DNA of 64,000 bases, from NCBI GenBank assembly GCA_051313645.2, contig JBNRSN020000258.1, forward strand, positions 248,001 to 312,000, written 5' to 3'. The stretch's first letter is position 1, and every line of letters starts with the position of its first letter. Under the pieces are notes generated by a model that had not been told where the DNA came from, ran no database searches, and saw only the letters and a program-made list of their open reading frames with translations. The translations under genes and the position numbers were made by a program. Shown piece after piece: positions 1 through 9,969 of the stretch. Origin of the DNA: Centroscyllium fabricii. Taxonomy: Eukaryota.

Positions 1-1
1 G

Positions 2-2635
2 GTGCTAGCAAACACTAGCAAATGCTATCGCTGCGGTAAACAAACCCACGACCAAGCCCAGTGCTGGTTTCGCGATAAAGACTGTAGGAATTGTGGGAAG
101 AAAGGCCATATTGCGGCGGTTTGCCGCTCAAAGAAGACCAGCAGACGCCCTGAGAGGTCTCCCAGAACGGGGACACCTAAAAGATTAAATAAACTGTCCG
201 ATGCCCGTTCAGATGAAGGACACCTCGAGCCAGAAGAAACACTTGCAAGTCTGCAAGTCAACACCCTGGACAATATGACTGACCGAAAGGTCATGTGGAT
301 CGAATTAAGGGTGGCAACAGTGCCAATTAAAATGGAACACGACACTGGGTCGGCGCTCTCGGTCATAAATGAACATGATTATGTTAACCTTTTAAATTTT
401 ATTCCCCTACAGAAATCGTCCATAGTGATTAGAACTTACACAGGACAGACGTGCCAGACACTGGGGAAATTGGCCATTAACGTAAGGTACCGGGGTAAAC
501 AGGTGCGCGGTCTGTTCCTCTATGTTCTAAGGAATGGTGGGCCCCCATTGTGGGGCCGTGAGTGGATCAGGAGAATCCAGCTCGATTGGAGCACAGTTCA
601 CAAGCTACAAGTGGGCAAAGGCTCACAACCTTCCGGGAACATCAAGGAAAGACTCGCGGAGATTATTGGCCGAAGCCCCAGGGTTTTTCAGCAGGGCCTC
701 GGGAAACTCGAAAACATTAAGGCCAGAATCACAATAGAGCGTGACGCAATACCCCACTTTGCTAAAGCAAGACAGGTACCGTACGCCATTAGACCGGCAG
801 TCGAAGCCGAACTGCTGGCACTGGAGGAGGAGGGGGTTCTCACCAAAGTAGAATGGAGCGATTGGGCTACCCCCATTGTTCCTGTGGTTAAAAAGGGACA
901 CATAGGGGACAAAACAGGGAAAGTCCGGATCTGTGGGGATTTAAAAATCACGATAAATCCCGTACTAAAAATCACACAGTACCCGCTACCGCAAATCGAT
1001 GACATTTTTGCATCACTAGCGGGGGGCCAACAATTTACCAAAATTGATCTGGCAAAGGCGTACCTCCAAATGGAAGTGGAACCAGAGTCTAGGGAACTCC
1101 TCACGATCAACACCCATAAAGGGTTATATAGATACAACCGCTTGATCTTTGGTGTCGCCTCGGCCACGGCCATTTGGCAGCGGGCCATGGATCAAGTTTT
1201 ACAGGGGATCAAGGGAACACAATGTTACCTTGATGATATCCTCGTGACCGGCCGGTCCGAGGAGGATAACTTACAAAATCTACAACAGGTGTTGGCAAGA
1301 TTGGACCAATATGGGTTGCGTGTCAACAAGGAAAAATGCGAATTTTTCCAGGACCGCATCTCATATTGTGGCCATGAAATCGACAAAGAAGGGCTACACA
1401 AGGCACCCGAAAAGATCGAGGCGGTGGTCAAGGCCCCAACCCCACAAAATGTAGCCCAATTACGATCATTTTTAGGGCTGATAAATTATTATCATAAATT
1501 TTTGCCCAACCTATCCTCAGTGCTCCACCCCTTTAGCGCCTTGCTTCAGACAGGCGTCGATTGGAATTGGGACACCACCTGTTCCGCAGCTTTCCAAGAA
1601 AGCAAAAGACTCATTACTTCAACAAAAGTACTGGTCCACTTCGACCCAAAACTCCCCATCCATTTGGCCTGCGACGCCTTGCCCAATGGCATAGGAGCGG
1701 TACTCTCGCACCGATGGCACGATGGGACCAAAAGACCCATAGCGTTTGCCTCCAAGTCCTTAACCAAGGCTGAGCGCAATTATGCTCAAATTGATCGTGA
1801 AGCGCTGAGCCTAGTGTGGGGGGTCAAGAAATTCCACCACTACCCTCATGGCCAGCGGTTCACACTCATCACAGACCACCAACCCCTGGTTTCCATATTC
1901 CACCCGAGTAAGGGAGTGCCCCAAATGACGGCACAACGGTTACAAAGGTGGGCCTTGTTCCTTGGGGCCCATCAATACTCAATTGAGCATAAAGGAACAA
2001 ACCAACACGGCAATGCTGATGGGTTATCACGCCTACCATTGCCGGAGGCCCCAGGGGGGTCTGATCCATTAGATATGTATCACATAGCACTAATACAACA
2101 ACTACCAGTCACAAGCCAGCAGATTGAACTGGCTACCAAAAATGATGTGGTACTCTCAAAAATCTATGAGAGCACGATCAATGGGTGGTCCAAGGAGGAC
2201 CAAAAACAATGGCCAGCCTTTTCAGCACGTAAGGAACAACTGTCTGTCTGCAGAGGGACACTAATGTGCGGAGCTAGGGTGGTCATTCCCAAGAAACTAC
2301 AGGATAAAGTGCTGCTCGATCTGCACGAGGGCCACCTGGGGGGCGTACAAATGAAATCACTCGCCAGGTCATATGTCTGGTGGCCAGGAATAGATAAAGA
2401 CATAGAAAGTTTGGCCAAACAATGTCACGAGTGCCAAGAGGTCCAAAACATACCACCCCGCGCCCCACTACACCCCTGGGAGTGGCCATCATCCCCATGG
2501 CAGCGAGTCCACGTAGACTTCGCCAGGCCATTTATGGACTCTATGTTCTTAATAGTGGTTGATGCCCACTCAAAGTGGCCGGAAGTTATAAAGATGACTT
2601 CCACCACCTCAACAAAAACAGTGGAGGTGCTGCGC
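2..2635 (+). CDS. Gypsy gag-pol segment 1 (zinc knuckles, aspartic protease, RT, RNase H, integrase N-terminus)
   Basis: CYRCGKQTHDQAQC and CRNCGKKGHIAAVC knuckles; DTGS protease site; YLDD in RT; LACDA and NADGLSRLP in RNase H; HEGH...CHEC zinc finger; RVHVDF. Stop-free up to the insertion at 2636. The tail of track ORF 2..2845 is read-through into the LTR. Confidence 0.92.
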
Positions 2636-3627
2636 TGTCACGGGGTGCCTGTTCCTTTAAATATTAGAAGCAGTTTTTACTGTGGCTCCACAGCTGTTTT
2701 AAGGAATAGGTTCCTAGTTAGGTTATTAACTGTTCAATTATCTATGCATGTGTTAGTTGTGCTCTGCTCTCATCCCCTCAGGATTATTGGCTATCACCCA
2801 ATAGGGTACTTGCTGGGTTTGGGATATAATCAGGAGGTTGGCTGAGAGCAGATGCGGGATCATTCGATGGTAATGTGTCATGGGACTGGTTATCCATTGT
2901 TCATTCTACAGGCCACTGGAAGGAGGTGGTTTTCTGCTGTGCTGAGTGGCCGTCAGAGGCAAGGAGGTTGCAGATCGATTGACTCAGCTTGTACTTGTAC
3001 TTTGCTATTTCTGGTGCTCAGGCTGGGTTGCCCAACAGGGGCATTGGGATGGAACGCATTTCCCTCCGCCTTGACAGTGCGCCCTGCTATTGGGAACTCA
3101 GCAATGGACATTCATCTGTTTGGTAAGGGAGGCCCCCTGCCGGTAGATCTGCTGCGCTACTGCCTGATTGCCATGGGGTTAAGTCTCTGTGACAGAGCAG
3201 AAGAAGTAGGTCGGACCCATTTCTACTACATGGACATTCATCTTTTCATCCGAACCCTGGTTTGGACATTGGTCATCTGGAAGCATAAGCTGTTCCCACA
3301 TCCTCTACGTAGAGGGTGGAATGAGATGTCATGCTCGCTGAGGAGGACTTGCTCGGTTCTCTTTAGGGTGGACAGTTATGCCAGGACTGGTATTCTTGGG
3401 GAGAATGGCGCGCCTGGATTGCGTAGCACCCCTCTATTCATTGCTCGCTATGTTTGGAAGTTTGTGCCGGTCTGTTTATAAGACTTGTGTTGTATATGTG
3501 TTCTATATATATTGTATGTTTAGGGTATTATATGGGGTTTTAGGAATAAAGGAGTTTGGTTTTATAAACGTTTCAGTGTCTCTGCATTTGGGCCCCGCCT
3601 TCATTCCGAATACACACAACCGTTACA
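2636..3627 (+). mobile_element. Solo LTR #1 (992 bp) nested in the Gypsy integrase
   Basis: Termini TGTCACGG...CCGTTACA; 5-bp TSD TGCGC (2631-2635 and 3628-3632); AATAAA near 3545. Removing it restores TVEVLR|TIFARNGIPEQ. Confidence 0.9.
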
Positions 3628-4304
3628 TGCGCACCATTTTTGCGAGGAACGGCATCCCTGAACAGATTTGCTCGGACAATGGGTCACAATTTGTTTCCGA
3701 GGAATTTCAGCTCTTCCTCAAGCGGAACGATGTATGACACTATAAGTCGGCACCGTATCACCCGGCCACAAATGGGTTGGCCGAACGGTTTGTACAAACC
3801 TTTAAAAAGGCCTTAAAAGCTATGAGGGATGAAAAGCTGCCATTACAACACAAAATTGACAATTTCCTGTTCGCGTACCGCAATGCGGCACATGCCATAA
3901 CTAACCAGCCACCAGCAGTGTTGTTTCTAAACAGGAGGCTACGATCCAGGTTAGACCTGGTAAAGCCTGAGATCCGCAGGGACGTGGAGCGCCGGATATT
4001 TAAGCAGGCCCCAAGCAGGGAGACCAGAAACTTCACAGTAGGTCAACAGGTCATGGTCCAGGACTACCGGGACCAACAAGGAGTAAAGTGGCAACCCGGC
4101 ACCATCCACGAACAACAGGGGCCCCTAATATACATGGTGGACACGGCGGTTGGACTCATTCGCCGCCACACCGACCAAATAGTAGAGGCCCCAGTCCCAG
4201 TTGACACGTCGCAGGCCAGTGGGAGTAACAAAACTAACACACACACCAAAACGACTGCCATACCTCCAAGGGAACACATTAGTGATTGGGACTCTGACAC
4301 TGAC
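3628..4304 (+). pseudogene. Gypsy integrase catalytic core (segment 2)
   Basis: TIFARNGIPEQICSDNGSQF...*HYKSAPYHPATNGLAERFVQTFK supplies the second D and the E of the DDE triad. One in-frame TGA at 3735-3737. Confidence 0.9.
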
Positions 4305-5355
4305 TGTAAGGGAATGGTAATGGATCTGGTGAGCGGGGCCCAAATGCAGAAACACTGAGAAACCGTCTTGATACAAAACCCCTTTAATCTAACAAAACAT
4401 GTTTGAATAAGACATACAATTCTAGACACAAGTCTTTGGCTAAAGACAGGCACATACTTTAACGTTATTATTAAAACCCTAGAGGCAGAATATTAACAAG
4501 TCCTCCTCTGAACCGGACAGGCTTTCTACTGGGCGTGGAACCCTTTAAACCGACCACAACCCCAGAGAGGTACAAGCCTTAGTGGAACCTGTTATCATGA
4601 CCACTTCCATCAGAGAGGAACAAGTTCTACGCAGCCAAGTAGTAGAGTAGCTAACATACAACAGGGCCTAATAACAACAGATAATGAACAGTCCAATTAT
4701 GAAGGTAGAATGCAATAATGTCCAGCTCCTCTGTTCCACCACAGAGACTTAACCTCATGGTAACAGGCAGGAAAGAGAATTCCTGATCTTCCTAACAGAT
4801 GTCCAAACCTCGGTTCGGGTGAATTAAGCCAATGTCCAAGGAGTAGAAATGGGTCCGTCCTACTTCTTCTGCTCCACCACGGAGACTTAACCCCATGGCA
4901 TCAGGCAGTAGCGCACCAGGTCTACTGGCAGGGGAACTCCCTTACCCAACAGATGAGTGTCCATGTCTGAGTCCCAGATAGCAGGGTACTATGTCAAGGC
5001 GGAGTGATGTGGGCTCGGTCCCATAGTCCCTCTTAAGTCCACTCAGAGAAGCAGAGCAATCCCTTCTGCTTCTTTTCCATCCAGTGAAGTGTGATATCAT
5101 AGAAACTTCTGCAATGATCCCGCAACCTGTCTGGTCAAACCATGGGCTAATAAACCCAAACCAGCCCAATCAGATGATTGATGTTGACCAATCAGGGTGC
5201 AGGCATATACAAACAGAAAACACCTGGTTGTGAACAACCCAATTGATACACTTAACCCACACATAGAACAACACTTAGAACCAAAATGGGAACATTAAAG
5301 GGATATGCCCAAATAAAACATGGATGCCTTAAAGGGGGCATGCCAAACTGTGACA
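4305..5355 (-). mobile_element. Solo LTR #2 (1051 bp), antisense, related to LTR #1
   Basis: Plus-strand termini TGTAAG...TGTGACA; TSD CTGAC (4300-4304 and 5356-5360). The reverse complement of ~4800-4916 closely matches ~3153-3268 of LTR #1. Shares the TCAGTGT(T/C)TCTGCATTTGGGCCCC subterminal motif. Confidence 0.88.
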
Positions 5356-5462
5356 CTGACTCTGAACTCATTATTGTAGAGGGGCCACCAGACCCAGCTC
5401 CAGCTGTGCAATGACGCTACCCACAACGGGTACGGCGGCCCCCAGACAGACTCATTCTGTAA
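5356..5462 (+). pseudogene. Gypsy integrase C-terminal end (segment 3)
   Basis: Reads SELIIVEGPPDPAPAVQ*RYPQRVRRPPDRLIL*. The R-x-R-R-P-P-x-R-L motif is a typical pol terminus in this group. Confidence 0.8.
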
Positions 5463-5684
5463 TGTTCTAGTTCCCTTGTGGTGGATACCGCCAGTAGCAT
5501 TCGCAGGCGTTCCATAAAAATGTTGATTGTTGTATACAAATTTTTTTTTTTTAAATGTTGTTTCCTTGTTACTGTTGTTAATGGTTGCTGTTGCTATTAT
5601 TATTATTGTTACTATGTTACTATTATTCTCTTTCTGTATAATAATTGTGTTGTCGTCTCCGACCATCAAATGAAGGGGGAGGAG

Positions 5685-5899
5685 TGTGGTGTATGCACAC
5701 GACACCATAAGTGAGGGTCATGTGACACTCACAACTCCCTTAGGTGCAATATCACGCTTGGCCACAGCTTGTACAAAAGAGGCAGCGTGGAGCGACCTAA
5801 GCCACTCCTGAGTGATCGACGATCAATAAACAGCTCTGTACCTGTATTGGAAGTCTGGTGTTTTGATTACTTACCTTACCCCGTTGTAAGGACATAACA
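5685..5899 (+). repeat. 3' LTR of the Gypsy element (215 bp)
   Basis: TGTGGTGT...ACATAACA, directly after the polypurine tract; AATAAA at ~5825. Confidence 0.85.
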
Positions 5900-8388
5900 G
5901 ACTCCTTAATAACTGAAAGAGAGCTATCTGAAAAACTTAAGGACCTGCGACCAAGAAAAGCAGGTGGTGCAGATGGCATACTAAACGAGATGCTAAAACA
6001 CACTGATGATAAAATGAAATTGGCTATCCTAAATCTCTTCAACTTGGTTCTGAGTGTCGGTTACTTCCCTGAAGTCTGGAACAAAGGACTTATAACACCC
6101 ATATTTAAAAGTGGAGACAAACTTGACCCAAACAATTACCGAGGCATTTGTGTGAAGAGTAATCTGGGAAAGGTATTCTGTAGTATCATAAACAAAAGAC
6201 TCACAAACTTTCTTACGGAGCACAATGTCCTGAGTAACAGCCAAATTGGATTCTTACCAAATTATTGAACCTCTGACCATATTTTCACCCTACACACCCT
6301 AATAGACAAACATGTCCACCAAAACAAAAGCAAAATTGTTGCCTGCTTTATAGATTTCCAAAAGGCATTCGATTCTATTTGGCACGATGGTCTATTCCTA
6401 AAACTTATTGAAAGTGGGATAGGGGGAAAAACATATGATGTAATTAAATCAATGTACACAGGTAACAAATGTGCAGTTAAAATCAGAGATAAACAAAAAA
6501 AAAATTCTCACAGGATCGTGGCGTGGCACAGGGCTCGTCGATCTCACCGACTCTTTTTAACATTTATATAAATGAACTGGCAAAAATACTGGAACAATCT
6601 ACAGCACCTGGCCACGCCCTACATGACACCGAGGTTGAATTCCTCCTGAATGCAGATGATCTGGTTCTGCTGTCACCGACAGAAGAGGGTCGAGGGCGGA
6701 ACCTTGATCAGTTAGAGTCATTCTGCCAGAATTGGGCCTTGAAAATAAAACCCCAAAAAACAAAAGTTCTTGTGTTCCAGCAAAGATCCAGACATCAGGG
6801 AACAAACTTCACACTAGGAGCAATAAAAATTGAACAAACTACAAACTACACATACTTAGGCTTAAAAATCAGTTCCACGGGAAATTTGCACTTGGCTGTG
6901 AATGAACTGAAAGAGAAAACTAAAAGGGCGTTCTATGCCATTAAGAAGTCAATCCAAATAGAAATTCCACCTGGCATTTGGATCAAAATTTTTAATTCAG
7001 TAATCGAACCAATTGCACTTTATGGCAGCGAGGTGTGGGGTCTGCTAACACACCACGAATTTGCAAAATGGGACAAACATTCAATTGAGACCCTACATGC
7101 TGAGTTCTGTAAGAGTATCCTCCGGACTCAGAGGAAAACCACAAACAATGCATGCTGGGCAGGGTTAGGCCAATACCCACTATTAATTAATATCCAAAAA
7201 AGAGCAATCAAATTCTGGAAACATCTAAAACTGAGCAACCCCCACAGCTATCACTACAAAGCCCTGAAATGTCAAGAAGCGAACATAAAGAGAAGTCCCC
7301 TCAGCCAACTAGTCCTGGGACTTAGCAAAGTAACTACTAACACTACTGGTAACAACCAAATTAGCGGAGTAACTACTAACACTACTGGTAACAACCAGCC
7401 CCAGGACAGTGACATCCTAGCACTCAGAATCCGACCCAACACAATTATTAATAAACAAAAAGAAAAAAACTTGAATTACTGGACAGAAATGACAAAAACC
7501 CGAAACAAACTAGATTGTTATTTGGCCCTAAACAGACAGTACACCATGGCTGATTACCTGTCCATGGTGAAAGATAGCAAATGGAGAAAAACCCTGATAA
7601 TGTCCAGACTTAGCGAGCACAGCCTAGCGATCGAAAAAGGCAGACACAGAAAGACTTGGCTGCCCAGAGAGGAAAGGCTGTGCTCCCACTGTAGTCAGGG
7701 AGCGGTGGAGACAGAGCTGCACTTCCTAACAACTTGAGAAAACTATCAGGAAATAAGGGGAAATTTCTTCCCAAAATTTGCAACAACATGCCCTGAATTC
7801 AAAAATCTGATCGACCACCAAAAACTCCCATATTTATTGGGGTAACAGAGGGACTGTATAAAATTAGCGGCAAACTACGTCACAGCTTGCCATAAGCAGA
7901 GGGACAACCAGTGACCATTGAAGCTAGGAAGAGCCTACAAGATCTATATGCGGGTATATATGTATGTGTTTGCATAGTTATTCATTCAAGACGTCTGGTT
8001 ATGCATTTGTATGTCCAATTGTATATGTTCTTTTTAGATCTATATGTGGGTTTTTATGTGTATGTGTATGCATAGTTATTCATTGAAGACGTCTGGTTAT
8101 GCATTTATATGTCCAACTGTATATGTTCTTTTTAGATCTATATGCGGGTTTTTATGTGTATGTGTATGCATAGTTATTCATTGAATACGTCTGGTTATGC
8201 ATTTATATGTCCAACTGTATATGTTCTTTTTAGATCTATATGCGGGTTTTTATGTGTATGTGTATGCATAGTTATTCATTCAATACGTCTGGTTATGCAT
8301 TTATATGTCCAACTGTATATGTTCTTTTTCTGTGCTTTGGCAACATAGGATGTATCTTGTCATGCCAATAAAGCAATTTGAATTGAAT
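5900..8388 (+). mobile_element. Non-LTR retrotransposon, RTE-X-like LINE (degenerate RT ORF 5900-7914, 3' UTR, (TTGAA)n tail)
   Basis: RT motifs NYRGI, FIDFQKAFDSI, QGSSISPTLF and ADDLVL; C-terminal C-x2-C-x8-H knuckle (last Cys changed to TGA). Stops at 6266, 7735 and 7843, and a frameshift in the A-run near 6495. Tail CAATAAAGCAATTTGAATTGAAT runs into the gap. The clade call is from recognition only. Confidence 0.85.
7940..8329 (+). repeat. Four tandem 96-98-bp copies within the LINE 3' UTR
   Basis: AGATCTATATG units start at 7940, 8036, 8134 and 8232. The other two LINE copies carry one unit. Confidence 0.9.
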
Positions 8389-8569
8389 NNNNNNNNNNNN
8401 NNNNNNNNNNNNNNNNNNNNNNNNNNNNNNNNNNNNNNNNNNNNNNNNNNNNNNNNNNNNNNNNNNNNNNNNNNNNNNNNNNNNNNNNNNNNNNNNNNNN
8501 NNNNNNNNNNNNNNNNNNNNNNNNNNNNNNNNNNNNNNNNNNNNNNNNNNNNNNNNNNNNNNNNNNNNN
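8389..8569. other. Assembly gap
   Basis: Run of N. Confidence 0.99.
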
Positions 8570-9094
8570 AATAGATAGACAGAGAGACAAGCAGACTGAC
8601 AGAAGGATATAATGATAGAGCGAGAGCGATTTACAATTTTGAGATAGTTATTGAAAGGATAAACAGACTGCTCGTTTCATAGGCAAATATCATGCTGAAA
8701 ACCAAATAGCAATAACATGAGTGAATTTAAATAGAAACACATCTGTGTTTGCAGTTAGTGTTGTCAATGTGGAAAGGTTCAGTTTCAACATCAAATTATT
8801 GAAATCTCATTCTGTACTGACAGCTGATGTACTGCAGGGTGGAACTGGAGACCAGGGTCTGTCATAATATAATGGAGGATGGCGGGGGTCAGGAGATGGA
8901 AATCTCTGTGATACTGACCCATCCAGTTCCCCGTCAGAGAGTGACCTTCATTTCCTCTGCCTGTTGCTGGATTCGACCCGAGGAAAGAAAAATGTCACGT
9001 TGGTTCCTAAAAAGGAAGGGTATAGAAGGAGACTGAGTGACCTTGAATAATAACCTATCGCTGTTTTCAGTTCGTGCTGAGAACGTGGAAAATG

Positions 9095-9241
9095 CTCAGT
9101 GACATCATCAGGTTCTGGAACTCTCAGTGATATCATCAGGTTCTGGAACTCTCCGTGATATCATCAGGTTCTGGAACTCTCAGTGATATCATCAGGTTCT
9201 GGAACTCTCAGTGATATCATCAGGTTCTGGAACTCTCAGTG
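9095..9241. repeat. 28-bp minisatellite, ~5 copies
   Basis: CTCAGTGATATCATCAGGTTCTGGAACT head-to-tail, no spacers. Confidence 0.92.
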
Positions 9242-9969
9242 TGTACTGACACCTGATCTACTGCAGGGTGGGCCTGGGAACCAGGGTCTGTAATTATATT
9301 ACTGGGATGGTCTGGAGATGGAGGTCTCAATGTACACTGACACCTGAGCTGTGTAAACTTGTCAGGCTGTGATTACAGAGCGTGACCCATTGGCGAACCA
9401 AGTTCCCCATCAGCGAGAGGAAAACTCCTTCCCCTCAGTCTGAGGCTGGATTTGTTCCCAGGCCACACAAGGATGCCCACCAGACAGGGGCGACCGTCAC
9501 CCATCTCTGTCAGCGGCTGTGTTGGACCCCGGGTAGGAGGGTGACTGGACAATAAACCACACACTCCAACAATACAGGAAATACATTGAAAATCATATCA
9601 GGAAACCAATCCAATAGGGGTGTGGGTGGAGACTGAGGATCCCATGTCATGGGCGGGCAGAGTACTTCCACCAACTGCAGCTCAGGAACTATAAAACCGC
9701 TGTTTCCACCAGCTGCATCTACCTGTTGGAAGGCGGGGGCAGGACTCCCTGAAACTTCTCCCGATCTCGCTTATTCTCGCACTCGAGCCGACACACCACA
9801 ATTAAACAGACTGACCTCTGGGACAACACCAACATCCCCAGACTCGGCAGGGGCTATCGGTACGTATGGCATCGCTGGAGGACAAAGCATACACATTGAT
9901 AGGGAGAGGTAGGCGGGCATTGTAAGAGGCTGGGACAGTTTGCATGGAGCCAAATGTCACTTTCAATGA

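Larger units (their letters stand above)
1..5899 (+). mobile_element. Ty3/Gypsy LTR retrotransposon (Mag-like); 5' end lies outside the window; integrase interrupted by two solo LTRs
   Basis: Domain order is CCHC x2, protease, RT, RNase H, integrase. PPT AAGGGGGAGGAG (5673-5684) is followed directly by a TG...CA LTR (5685-5899). Confidence 0.95.

Noticed and set aside
2852-3481. 209-aa ORF as a possible extra or env-like gene
   Set aside because: It lies wholly inside solo LTR #1, has no recognisable domain, and no equivalent ORF appears in related LTRs #2 and #3.
8827-9036. YCRVELE motif suggestive of an Ig V-domain F strand
   Set aside because: An in-frame stop lies just upstream, there is no upstream Cys/Trp strand pattern, and no convincing splice sites.
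9095-9241. 28-bp repeats of CRISPR-like length
   Set aside because: Head-to-tail with no unique spacers, no cas genes, eukaryotic context. The same applies to the 30-, 49- and 59-bp arrays.
9375-9480. Possible tRNA-derived SINE head on the minus strand (CCTGGGAACAAATCCAGCC, B-box-like)
   Set aside because: Too degenerate to support; no clear A box or tail.
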